Shown: positions 47,972-59,420 of the stretch, piece after piece
Numbering within the stretch: position 1 is the first letter of the stretch
Layout: each line of letters starts with the position of its first letter
Assembly (NCBI GenBank): GCA_035221665.1
Contig: CM069142.1
Location: 34,596,001-34,660,000, forward strand
Origin: Okamejei kenojei
Lineage: Eukaryota
DNA: 64,000 nt
Direction of reading: 5' to 3'
Position numbers and translations under genes: made by a program
The notes under the pieces: model-generated
What the model was told of the DNA's origin: nothing
Databases searched by the model: none
The model's input: the letters and a program-made list of their open reading frames with translations, nothing else

Positions 47972-49850
47972 GTCTCCACTCCTTCCCCCCCCCCTTCTCT
48001 CCCCCCTTCTCTCCCCCCCTTCTCTCCCCCCCTTCTCTCCCCCCCTTCTCTCCCCCCCTTCTCTCCCCCCCTTCTCTCCCCCCTTCTCTCCCCCTCTCTC
48101 CCCCCCCTCTCCCCCCCCTCCCCCCTTCTCTCCCCCCTTCTCTCCCCCCCTCCCCCCCTTCTCTCCCCCCCTTCTTCTTCTCCCCCCCTTCTCTCCCCCC
48201 CTTCTCTCCCCCCCTCTCTCTCTCTCCCCCCCTTCTCTCCCCCCCTTCTCTTCTCCCCCCCCTTCCCTCCCCCCCTTCTCCCCCCCTTCTCTCCCCCCCT
48301 TCTCTCCCCCCCTTCTCTCCCCCCCTTCCTCCCCCCCTTCTCTCCCCCTCTCTCTCTCCCCCCCCTTCTCTCCCCCCCTTCTCTCCCCCTCCCCTCTCCC
48401 CCCCTTCTCCCCCCCTTCTCTCCCCCCCTTCTCTCCCCTCCCTTCTCCCCCCCCCTCCTCCCCCCCCTTCTCTCCCCCCCCCTTCTCTCCCCCTCCCTTC
48501 TCCCCCCCTTCTTCCTCCCTTCTCTCCCCCCCCTTCTCTCCCCCCTCCTTCTCTCCCCCCCTTCTCTCCCCCCCTTCTCTCCCCCCCTCTCCCCCCCCTT
48601 CCCCCCCCCCCCTTCTCCCCCCCCTTCTCCCCCCCCCTTCTCTCCCTCCCCTTCTCCCCCCCCTTCTCCCCCCCCTTCTCTCCCCCCCTTCTCCCCCCCC
48701 CTTCTCTCCCCCCCCCTTCTCTCCCCCCCCCTTCTCCCCCCCCCTTCTCCCCCCCCCTTCTCCCCCTCCTTCTCCCCCCCCCTCTCTTCTCCCCCCCCCT
48801 TCTTCCCTCTCCCCCTTCTCCCTCCCCCCCTTCTCTCCCCCCCTCTCATCCCCCCCTTCACTCCCCCCCTCACCCCCCCCTTCTCCTCCCCCCCCCCTTC
48901 TCCCCCCCCTTCTCCCCCCCCTTCTCTCCCTCCCCCTTCCTCCCCTCTCCCCCCTTTCTCTCACCCCCCTTCTCTCCCCCCCTTCTCTCCCCCCCCCTTC
49001 TCCTCTCCCCCCCCCTTCTCTCCCCCCCTTCTCTAATCTTCCCCCCCCTTCTCTCCCCCCCTTCTCTCCACCCCCCCATCTCTTCCCCCCTTCTCACGCC
49101 CCCCCTCGCTCCCCCCCTGTCTCTCCCCCCCTTCTTCTTCCCTCTCATCCCCTTCTCCCCCCCCCCTTCTCCGCCCCCCCCTCATCCCCCCCCTCTCTCC
49201 CCCCCTCTCTCCTCCCCCCCCCTCTGGCCCCCCCCTTCTCCCCCCCCTTCCTCTCCCACCCTTCCTCTCTCCCCCCCCCATTCTCCCCCCCTTCTCTCCC
49301 CCCCCTTCTCTCCCCCCCCTTCTCTCCCCCCGTCTCCCTCCCCCCTTCTCCCCCCCTTCTCTCCCCCCCCCTTATCTCTCCCCTCCCTTCCTCCCCCCCC
49401 TTCTCTCCCCCCCCTTCTCCTCCCCCCCTACTCTCCCCCCCCCTTCTCCCCCCCCCTTCTCCCCCCGCTTTCTCTCCCACCCCCCTTCCTCCTCCCCCGC
49501 TCCACCCCCCTTTCTCGTCCCCCCTTCTCTCCCCCCCTTCCTCTCCCCCCTTCTCTCCCCCCCCTCCTCCCCCCCCTTCTCTCCCCCCCCCTTCCTCTCC
49601 CCCCCCCCCTTCTCCTCTCTCCCCCCTTCTCCCCCCCCCCTTCTGCCCCCCCCCCCTTCTCCCCCCCCCTTCTCCCCCTCCCCTTCTCCCCCCCCCTTTC
49701 TCCCCCCCCTTCTCATTCTCCCTCTCCCCCCCTTCTTCTCCCGCCCCTGCTCTCCCCCCCCTTCTCTCGCCCCCCCTTCTCTCCCCCCCCCTTCTCTCCC
49801 TCCCCCTTTCTCTAACCCCCTTCTAACATTCCCCCCCTTCTACCCCATCT
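47972..49850 (+). repeat. ~1.9-kb polypyrimidine low-complexity tandem repeat (C5-7TTCTCT-like units)
   Basis: Almost exclusively C/T on + and G/A on -. Confidence 0.97.
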
Positions 49851-49859
49851 AAACTTTGC

Positions 49860-50160
49860 ATCGCTTATTTCCTTCTAGTCTTTGACATTTCCACCATGGG
49901 GCCCGATGGATCTGACTGTCTACCGTATCTATTCCACTCATCATATTCTATCAGGTCTCCTCTCAGCCTTTGAAACTCAGGAGAAAACAATCCAAGTTTG
50001 TTCATCCTCTCCCTGTAGGTGATACCCTCTAATCCAGGCAGCATTCTGGTAAATCTCTTCTGCACCCTCTCCAAAGCCTGTACATCCTTCCACTAATCGG
50101 GTGACCAGAACTGCACGCAATACTCCAAATCCAGCCTAACCCAAAGTCCAATAAAGCTGC
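49860..50160 (-). mobile_element. CR1 LINE fragment
   Basis: ERVQKRFTRMLPGLEGITYRERMNKLGLFS..RLRGDLIE. Confidence 0.85.
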
Positions 50161-50542
50161 AAGTTTAGAAAGGTCTAAAAAGGTTTGGGTTTTGTTAATT
50201 ATTGTCTCTCCCTCCGACGCTCCGGAGAAAACAATCTAACTTTGTCTGAAGAAGGGTCTCGATCCAAAACAACACCCATTCCTTCTCTCCAGAGCTGCTG
50301 TCCCGCTGAGTTAAGACCCTGTATTTGAATTGGTTTAAAGGAGTAGTTTTTGATGTGCAGTTGCAGGTGAAAGTCAAGGATATGAATCACTGTTCCATAA
50401 TCTAACTAGTGGAGTACAGGCAACTGCACTGAACTAATTGCAATTGCCTATGAAATTGGACTATGAAAGTCCTTTTCTTTGGACTCTCTGTTGCACAGTT
50501 GAACTTTCCGAAAAGTAATGGGAATATCGTGGCGGAGTGATC

Positions 50543-50836
50543 GGGGTGGCGGACTGGTAGAGTTGCTGCCTTGCAAAGCCAGAGACTCAAGTTCGATTCT
50601 GACTACGAGTGCTGTCTGAACAGAGTTTGTACATTCTCCCTGTGACCGAGTGGGTTTTCTCCTGGTGCCCCGGTTTCCTCCCACATCCCAAAGACATGCA
50701 GGTTAATTGGCTTCTGTAAATCGTGTATTGTCCCTACTGTGTAGGATAGTGCTGGTATAAGGGATGATCTCTGGTCAGAGCAGAGAAGATGGACCGAAAG
50801 GCCTGTTTCCAAGCTGTGTCTCTAAACTAAACTAAA
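50543..50836 (+). mobile_element. HE1-like V-SINE
   Basis: Head, V-domain and ctaaactaaactaaa tail. Confidence 0.8.
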
Positions 50837-51564
50837 AATTATGGTGATAGCACAAAATACTGGAATAACTCAGTGGGTCAAGGTCTCTGGAGAAAAGGAA
50901 TTGGTGACGTTTTGGGGAGAGACCTTTCTTCAGACTGAGTCAGGGGAGAGGGAAACTAGAGGTGTGAATAGACAGAACAAACAACCATAAAAATGGTGGT
51001 GGGCAGAATGTGTGGGACTTGTATGTTTCACTTCCACTTCATCTCCGAATGTTTCTGTCTCTGAAGCTCCAGTCACGTCCTCCAGTGTTGACCTTGAGAT
51101 GATCGGCATGAAGGACGTGGGTGTGTGATGTGGGTTGAATTACACATTGTTTGTCAGCTCTCTCCTTTGCAATGGGGCCTTATCTCAACCAGTGACAAAG
51201 GTCTGAAGTCACATCTGTGCATGATGCACCTCCAGTAAATGATTTAGACTTTTAGATTTGAGAGATTAGGAAAGTGGACATTTGGCCCACTGAATCCACG
51301 CCGACCAACGATCCCCATACCCGAGCACCGTCATATACACTGGAGACAATTTACAATTTAACCGAAACCAATTAACCCTCAAACCTGCACGCATTTGAAA
51401 TGAGAGAGGAAACCAGTGCACGCAAAGAAAACCCACACCTGTCACACGGAGAACGTACAATCTCCGTACAGACAGCACGGATAATCACGATCGAACATGG
51501 GTTCCTGACGATGAGAGGCAGCAACTCTACTGCTGTGCCTGTGTGCTGTGCTATCTGTGTTAGC

Positions 51565-52450
51565 TTTAAGCTTATTATTGCCATGTGTACCGAGGTGCAG
51601 TGAAAAGCTTTGTTTTGCATGCTATCCAATCTAATCAGATACACAGGTCCACCACCGATTTTCCGGCAACTTGGGATCCGGCAACGCCTTTAATCCGGAC
51701 AAAATTGTTGGAGAGCACTTGAAATTCTCCCCAGAAGTCCCCTCGAAGATGTGGCACATTGGCCAGGTGAGGCGGTCGACCTCATCAGGACATCCGTGTC
51801 CGATCGGCTGGTTGAGTTTGCCTCCTGCGGTCGGGGTTCTGGAACTCCAGCCCGGCTGGAGCCTGCAGATCCAGCCCCATTGCTGATTTCCGCGGTCAAC
51901 TGAGGCAGACCATTCCCGTACCGTTAGACTCCTCTCGGTGGCTGTGATCTCTGTTGGTGCGGAAAAATTGATAATCCGGCAAGGCTAGGAACCAAGGGTG
52001 CCATAAAATGAATCCAAACTCAAGTACAATAGGTAGAGCAGAGGGGAAGATAGAGTGCAGAATATAGTTCTCAGCATTGAAGCGCATCAGTTCCAAAGAC
52101 AAAATCCAATGTTCGCGATATGGTAGAGGTGAACCGGATAGTACCCTAGCTTATGGAAGGACTGTTCAGATGCCTGATAACAGAAGGGCAGCAGCTGTTC
52201 CTGAGTCTGGTGGTGCGCGCTTTCAAGCTCGATGGGAGCGGGGAGAAGAAGATATGACCAGTGTGGGTCAAGTCTTGGATTCTGTTGGCTGCTTTTCTGA
52301 GGGAATGTGAAATGTAGATGGACTCAGTGGTGGGGAGCCTGGTCTGTATGATGGACTGGACTAAAATCTCTGCAATTTCTTGCAGTCTTGGACAGTACTG
52401 TTCCCAAACCAAGCCGACATACGATCCGACTAAATGCTTTCTACAGTGCA
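51565..52450 (-). mobile_element. Rex1/Babar LINE 3' end interrupted by a pogo-like MITE remnant (~51644-52003)
   Basis: C-terminal peptide QTRLPTTESIY..KAANRIQDLTHTGH..RTTRLRNS..IRHLN; tail aagcttttcactgcacctcggtacacatggcaataa. Confidence 0.75.
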
Positions 52451-54982
52451 TCACTGCTCCAAAGACAAATTTCACTCCAGGCACTATTAAGTTGTTCTAA
52501 TTTGTTGTGGTCCAATGCATTGAATTGAGATCTACATCATGTATATTATGCAGAGCTTGGACAGGTTTACAGCACTTTGATCTGCAGTGGCACTTCCAAC
52601 AGCTCCTTGTTTTCTTTATTGTTTCTACTTATGTTTGCCTCAGCAACCAGAAGATTATTGGTTTACAGCCCAATCTTTAAATCAATTCTCAGTAAGTGTT
52701 GCATTATTAGAGATGCAGAACTCCCTTTATCTAATCCATGGGATAACATAGAACCACTGTGAACAGGCTATCGATGGTCAGCATGGACTCGATGGGCTGA
52801 AGGGTCTGTTTCTTTGCTGTATTTTATGATCAATCACTCAGTCATCTGGGACGAGCACTTAACAGGAACAAGCCGGCTATTTTACACCATTACACTCTGG
52901 ACAAGGATAGCCGACACTAATGTTTAAAACGAAAGACACAAAGTGCTGGAGTAACTCAGCGGGTCAAGGAGCATCTCTGGAGAACATGGATAGGTGACGT
53001 TTCGGGTCGGGATCCGTCCTCAGACTCTTTAAAAGGTTTGAGTGAGGGAGTGTTTAAATGGCAGCTGATTGCTGGCAAGATGTGTGAGAGTGAGTGTGTG
53101 TGGGAGAGTGTGTGTGAGAGAGAGCGCATGCGGTTCCCGATCCAAAACGTCACCTAGCTAGAGGAAGGAATGAGGGGAGGGGAGAAATAGGTGCGAGTCT
53201 AGGTGGGGCCCAAGGGAGGTGGGGGATGTTGTGAAGAAAGGGTGGGGAATGAATATCAATTAACGTTATTTATCTCATTTACTTGTGACACCTTATTCTG
53301 AGCAAGTTGTCACATTAATATGTGGTCTGAACTTCAGGTTAAGAGAACATCAGAATAAAATGATTAGAGTCATGGACGTGTACCATGTCCATGGTTGACA
53401 TACTGGGCTGTTCCCATTTGCCTGCATTTGGTCCATAGCCCTCTAAACCCTTCCTATCTCTATATCATTCCAAATGTCTTTTAAACGTAATTGTATCTGC
53501 TTATCATAAGAGCAGAATTGGACCATTCGAGCCATCAGGTCTGTTCCACCATTAGATCGTGGCAGATCTATCTTTACCTCACAACCCCATTCTCCTGCTT
53601 TCTCCCTGTAACCTTACTAAACAAGAAATCAATCTCTGCTTTAAAAACATCCAATGAATTGGCCTCTACTGTCATCTGTGTCAATGAATTCCACAATTTC
53701 ACAATCCTTTAACTAGAGAAATTCCTCCTACTCTCCATTCTAAAGATATGTCCTTTTATTCTGAGGCTATGCCCTCTAGTCCTAGACTCTTCCATTACTG
53801 AAAATATTCTTTCCACATCCACTATCAGGGCTCGAAATTAATGGTTGCCCGGGTGCCAATGGCAACCTACAGTCCCGCCGGGCAACCTGAAAGCCATGCC
53901 ATTTTGCCCGGCTTGGCAAGCACCCGGGACACCTATCATTTAATTCTGAGCGGGCCCCCTCTCTATCTCTCTCTCTCTCTGTCACTCTCCGTCTCGGCCC
54001 GCCATTCGTGTCCGGGTCTCGGCTCTCGGCTCTCGGGTCTCGGGTCTCCGCCACATACATGCGCACTGCCACGGCAACCGGTCGGCGTCGGCCACTTTTT
54101 CCCTCCCATTGCAATGTGGGAGATCTGGCCGCCATTGCTGTCCGGTCGCCACCTCACCGCAACAGCTGAAAACCAACGCAGAATTACTCCCTGGAGCTGG
54201 AGTAACTCCCTGGAGTAACTCTTGCTTCTTGGTTTCTTGGTCCTCCAAAAATATTCCAAATGGAATTTAAACTGGTGGACCCACCAACAAACTCCAAACT
54301 CTGAAAAATAACTGCCTAGTGCATTTTATCTGTTTATTTATTGTGTATATATATGGTCTATGATATATAGACACACTGAACTTTTATCTCCCTCTCTGTA
54401 TTATGTTTACATATTCTGTTGTGCTGCAGCAAGCAAGAATTTCATTGTCCTATCTGGGGCACATGACAATAAAACTCTCTTGACTCTTGACTTGGACTTA
54501 AGCAAAAAAGGGCTCTTGGGGAAAAAAGAGCTACCTCAAATTTAGTTGTGTCTGGTTGGGTTACTATGGTAGGGTGAAGACTATTCCATGCTTCAATTGT
54601 GCGAGGGAACTCCATGGAGCAGCCAGCATCTCTGGATAGAAGAAATTGGGTGACGTTTCGGGTAGAGACCCTTCTTTAGATTTCCTCTGGTTTTAGTTTA
54701 ATTTAAAGATACAGCGTAGAAACAGGCCCTTCGGCCCACCGAGTCCACGCCGACCACTGATCACTCGTACACTAGTTCTATCCCACACATCAGCGACGTA
54801 AGTCAAGAGTGTTTTATTCTCTCACGCCCCAGTTAGGACAATGAAATTCTTACTTGCAGCAGCACAACAGAATATGTAAACATAGTACTCTGTAAACAAT
54901 GTTATAAACGAGAAAACAAAACCTCCATATAGACAGTACCCATATTCAGGATCAATTACAGGTCTCTGGCAATCTTAGGCAG

Positions 54983-55208
54983 TGTTGTGAGGTAAATGAA
55001 ACCTTCACTACTTGTAATTTACTTAACTTTATTTAAGCTTTAAGCAACTTATTTCTTTAATACATTACTCAGAAACGTCTGGCAAACATGGCTGATTCCG
55101 CAGGCCTTTCCCGCCCGAAATACTTTGCACATGTGCACACCCTACGCATGTCCTACGCATGCGCACACTCTAGAAGAGCCCCGCACATGCGCACATGCGC
55201 CCACTTCA
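54983..55208 (-). repeat. 3' LTR
   Basis: Direct repeat of 58366-58591 (8 mismatches by eye); PPT at 55209-55220. Confidence 0.95.
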
Positions 55209-55449
55209 TTCTCCCCTCCTATTTATAAGTTGAGACGGTCAGGAGTTGAATTACATCTTGATGACCGAACTGAGCTTCAGGAGGTAATGGCGTTTCAATC
55301 AATAGCGGTAGATATATTGCTTGGTCATCAACTTCACTCATTTTGTTATTTAGATTTACATTTTAGAATTTCTTATAGAAGTTTCCATTAGGGATGCTGG
55401 AAGTGTTGGAGAAGTTCTCGATTAGTGTTATCAAGAAGTGACGGAGCTG

Positions 55450-58323
55450 ATGAGTTGACGGACATGGTTGACAGTTGACTGGCGTCCACTGATACTTGAT
55501 AGTTGCATACGATGGGTTGACATCAGTCAGTTCAACGTCAAACAAAAGGCTCGTTCTTAATGACATAACACGGTCCCAGGCTAATCAACCATGGCAGAGA
55601 AGTACCACAAGAAGAACGCCGTTAAAGAATCATGTGGGAGTAGTATTGGTAGCAGTTGACAGTAGAGATTTGAATGGAGTGTAATGCATCTGGTGAACAC
55701 ATTCCCAATGCTGATTGGTATGTCATTTGAGCCAGCATCAAATGATTCCGTTATACCTCTCAACCTGACCATTTCAATAGGGTGATAGTTTTATTGTTGA
55801 TTCCCCTCTTTGAAAGGTAGTATCTTTAAATCTTTCGACATGAATGAGGTGCGTAACTTGAAATAACAGTTGATCTTAAACATTTGATAACCATAGCAGC
55901 TGAATATTTGGACAAGGAAAAGCAAATTCGTTTCGAGAGGATGGTAAAGGCCCCTTTGAAGTTATAAACGTCCATAGGTTGAGTAGCTTTGATCAATTGA
56001 ACCTTGGTTTTAATTCAGCACAGATTCTACATGACGCACACGTCATCTTCACAGCAGAGAAAGGTAAGTTTTTGGAACGAACATAGTATAACAAATTGAC
56101 TCCCGGATGCCCATTGTAAGATCATTGCAGAAGAATAGAGGCAAATGCTCGGGTTAATGTATCTGGAGCAACATTATCCTCACCAGGGCGGTAAACTCAA
56201 TGAATAACTATATGCAGATAATTCAATCCTCCATGCATGAATTTTACTGTTCTTAATCTTCGTTCGTTTCCGATTATCCAGCAAACATTAAAACTACTGA
56301 ACGCTGATCTGTTATCAAAGTGAAGTGCTGGCGAGCAAGGAAATGAACTCAATTTTCCTAAGGACCTTCCGTAGAGAGTTTAATGTAACTGGAACAGGTA
56401 TCTCTTGGAGTGGACTGGATCAGGCTTGATTATATCATTTCCAAACCAATAACCAAGAATATTAATTGATGACACTGATGTTATTGACTAAGCCTCATTT
56501 AATGTTAGATTTTTAGAATGTACAACATCTAAAAAACCGTTGTACATTTTCATCATGTTCAGCTTGGTCTTTTTCCTGCAATAGTTATATTATCAAGATA
56601 AGGGAAAGTATCTTTAAGGTTTTCCTGTTCAACAAGTTTGTCCATCTCTCTCTGAAAAAACAGCCACGCCATTAGTTACACCAAAAGGAACTCTGCAGTA
56701 GTGATATATTTCCCATTTGCTTCAAACGCAGTGTATTTCTTCTCTGATTCCTTCAAAGGAATTTGGTCGTAAGCACTTTTTAAGTCAAAAGTAGAGAATA
56801 TCTTATACTTAGCTAATGTATTGATAATCTCTTCTATTCGAGGTTGTGGATATGCATCAAGGTCCGTGAACTGGTTTATAGTTTGAGAGTAATCAATGCA
56901 GAGTCTTTTTCTATGTCTCTCCAATGGGTCCTTAACATGACAACTTGTGCCCTCCAAGGGGAAGAGCTGGGTTCTATGATACCTTCTCGTAAAAGATTAG
57001 TTACTTCTGTGTTGATAAAGTTTCCTATCATCTTTGCTAAAGTGTCTTGATTTTGTAGCAATTGGCTGCACTTGGAGGATAAATTAGTGAATAATGAAGG
57101 ACATTCAACAGATGCAGCAGAAACACCACACAATACTGGTGGCTTTGACAATACAAGGTCAGGCATAGATCCTTCATACATTATTTGAAGTGATCTGTGC
57201 AGTTTCTGGAAATCCTGACCTAGAATTATATCGCTACACAAATTTTTCAAAATACCTAGACATACAGATTTATAGCTAGTTTTGTTCAGAATAAAGTCTA
57301 CAATACAAGATCCTATAATTTGAGTGTTGAGAGTTGTCAGAGCCATCGAGATTTCCTTATTTGAAGGAATTATGGTTAGATTTAGACGAGACACACGTTC
57401 ACTTATAAAACTTTCTGAACTGCCAGAATCAAGTAATACATTAAGTGTATGGCCATTAATGGATACCATTGTAGCTGCATGAGACAAGCTCTGAGGAAAT
57501 GCAGCTGTAATTGTACATAAAGAAGGCGTATACATGGCAGCAGTCACACTTTTAGTAGTTGCTTTGGACTTGCATAATAATGTCCCTTCTTGCCACAACT
57601 ATTACAAGTTGCCTCTCGAGCAGGGCATATATCTCTCTTATGAATATTACCCCCGCAAACGTAACAGTTCCTTTTTGAATAATTATATGTTGCAGCAAGG
57701 GCACCTTTATCAGTAGAGATTGTTTCGGTTTTCTCCATATTTGTACTTGGGTGAAATTCGCTTGTAGTAGTTGCAGCAGAATACACATTAGATGAGCCAT
57801 AAGCATCTGAATTTTTCTGAGCCAAGTCCAAAGAGTAAGCTTGATTGTAAGCTGACTGTAAATCCAAGGTTTTGTGTTCTAATAGTCTCTCGTATTAAAG
57901 GCGATGCCAAACCATTGATAAAAGAGTCTCGAATAACTTCCTGTCGATATTGATCAACCGTAACTGCTTTGAAGGCACAGTCTTCACTAAGTCTTTGAAG
58001 TTCTTGTAAAAATTCATCAAGTGACTCACCAGGTTTTTGTTTCCGAGTAGCAAGGAGGTGTCGAGCGAATATCACGTCGGGGTGTCTTAACGAAGAGTCT
58101 GCTTAGTACATCAATAACAGAATCATAAGTTGTACATTCCTCTATGTACTCGTATACATCAGAAGAGACAAAAGCTTATTAATGTCTTAAGCCTGTCTGG
58201 TGCATCGTTGCCACACTCCTCAAAGAAGTTATTTAGTATACGAAGCCAGTGCTTCCAATTCTTTGCAGCAGCAGGTGAGTTGGCATCCAGATCCAAGCGT
58301 TGGGGTTTCAATAGTTTCTCCAT
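55450..58323 (-). pseudogene. Gypsy gag-pol pseudogene
   Basis: ATG at 58323 (MEKLLKPQRLDLD..WKHW); tandem Cys/His knuckles CYVCGGNIHKRDIC and CNSCGKKGH; protease LLDSGS; RT RLCIDYS, FDLKSAY, FPYLDN; integrase remnants. Many frameshifts. Left boundary approximate. Confidence 0.88.
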
Positions 58324-58365
58324 CCCAAGTCGGACTGTTTGACTTGTAAGATAAGTTGCTTAAAT

Positions 58366-58591
58366 TGTTGTGAGGTAAATGAAACTTTCACTACTTGTAA
58401 TTTACTTAACTTTATTTAAGCTTTAAGCAACTTATTTCTTTAATACATTACTCAGAAACGTCTGGCAAACATGGCTGATTCCGCAGGCCTTTCCCGCCCG
58501 AAATACTTTGCACATGCGCACACCCTGGGAATGTCCTACGCATGCGCACACTCTAGAAGAACCTCGCACATGCGCACATGCGCCCAGTTCA
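58366..58591 (-). repeat. 5' LTR
   Basis: tgttgtgagg...cccagttca, adjacent to the gag start side. Confidence 0.95.
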
Positions 58592-58971
58592 GGCAGCAAC
58601 TGCACTGCCAATGTACTGCCCCATAGTCTTGAACTGAATTAAAACATACAGTAGCTGTAAAGGGGGACATAGCATAAAGGGGGACATAGAGATTTAAGAC
58701 TGAAAATGAATAGTTTTATTTTAGTAACCAAATTTATCAATGTATAATTTTTTGTGTGTTGGAAAATAAAATATAGTGGTACTGCTGGTGGACTTCCTGC
58801 CTCACACGCCAGAGAGCTGTGTTCAATCCTGTTTTTGGGCACTTTGGGATGTGGGTTTCCTCCCACATCCCAAAGATGCATTGGCTTTGTAGGTTAACTT
58901 GTCTCTGTAAAATTGCCCCTAATGTGTAGGGAGTGGGTGAGGAAAGTGGAGATAACAGAACTGGTGTGATT

Positions 58972-59420
58972 GGGTAGACAAAAATGCTGGAGAAACTCAG
59001 CAGGTGAGGCAGCATCTATGGAGTGAAGGAAATAGGCGACGTTTCGGGCCGAGAACCTTCTTCAGATGGGAGAGGTGGGGCGGGAAAAATAAAGGAAGAG
59101 GTGGAGACAGTAGGCTGTGGGACTGCTGGGAATGGGAGGGGAAGGAGGGAGAAAGCAAGGACTACCTGAAATTGGAGGTCAATGTTCATACCGCTGGGGT
59201 GTAAACTACCCAAGCAAAATCTGAGGTGCTGCTCCTCTAAATTGCGGTGGGCCTCACTCTGGCCATGGAGGAGGCCCAGGACAGAAAGGCCGGATTCGGA
59301 ATGGGAGGGGGAGTTGAAGTGCTGAGCCACTGGGAGATCAGGTTGCTTATTACAAACTGAGTGGAGGTATTGTGCGAAGCGATCGCCAAGCCTGCGCTTG
59401 GTCGCACCGAGGTTGATCAT
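58972..59420 (-). mobile_element. Penelope-like 3' fragment (GIY-YIG plus pLTR with a hammerhead-like motif at 59038-59065)
   Basis: GATKRRLGDRFAQYLHSVCNKQPDLPVAQHFNSPSHS..EEQHLRFCLGSLHPSGMNID. Confidence 0.85.

Larger units (their letters stand above)
54983..58591 (-). mobile_element. Gypsy/Ty3 LTR retrotransposon (internally deleted, frameshifted)
   Basis: 226-bp TG..CA LTRs, GGCAG TSD (54978-54982, 58592-58596), PPT aggaggggagaa beside the 3' LTR, gag-PR-RT-RH-IN order. Confidence 0.95.

Noticed and set aside
47937-49826. 629-aa Pro/Ser/Leu-rich ORF and the Gly/Glu/Arg-rich antisense ORFs
   Set aside because: A C/T-only repeat cannot encode stop codons, so these long frames are a compositional artefact, not extensin- or formin-like genes.
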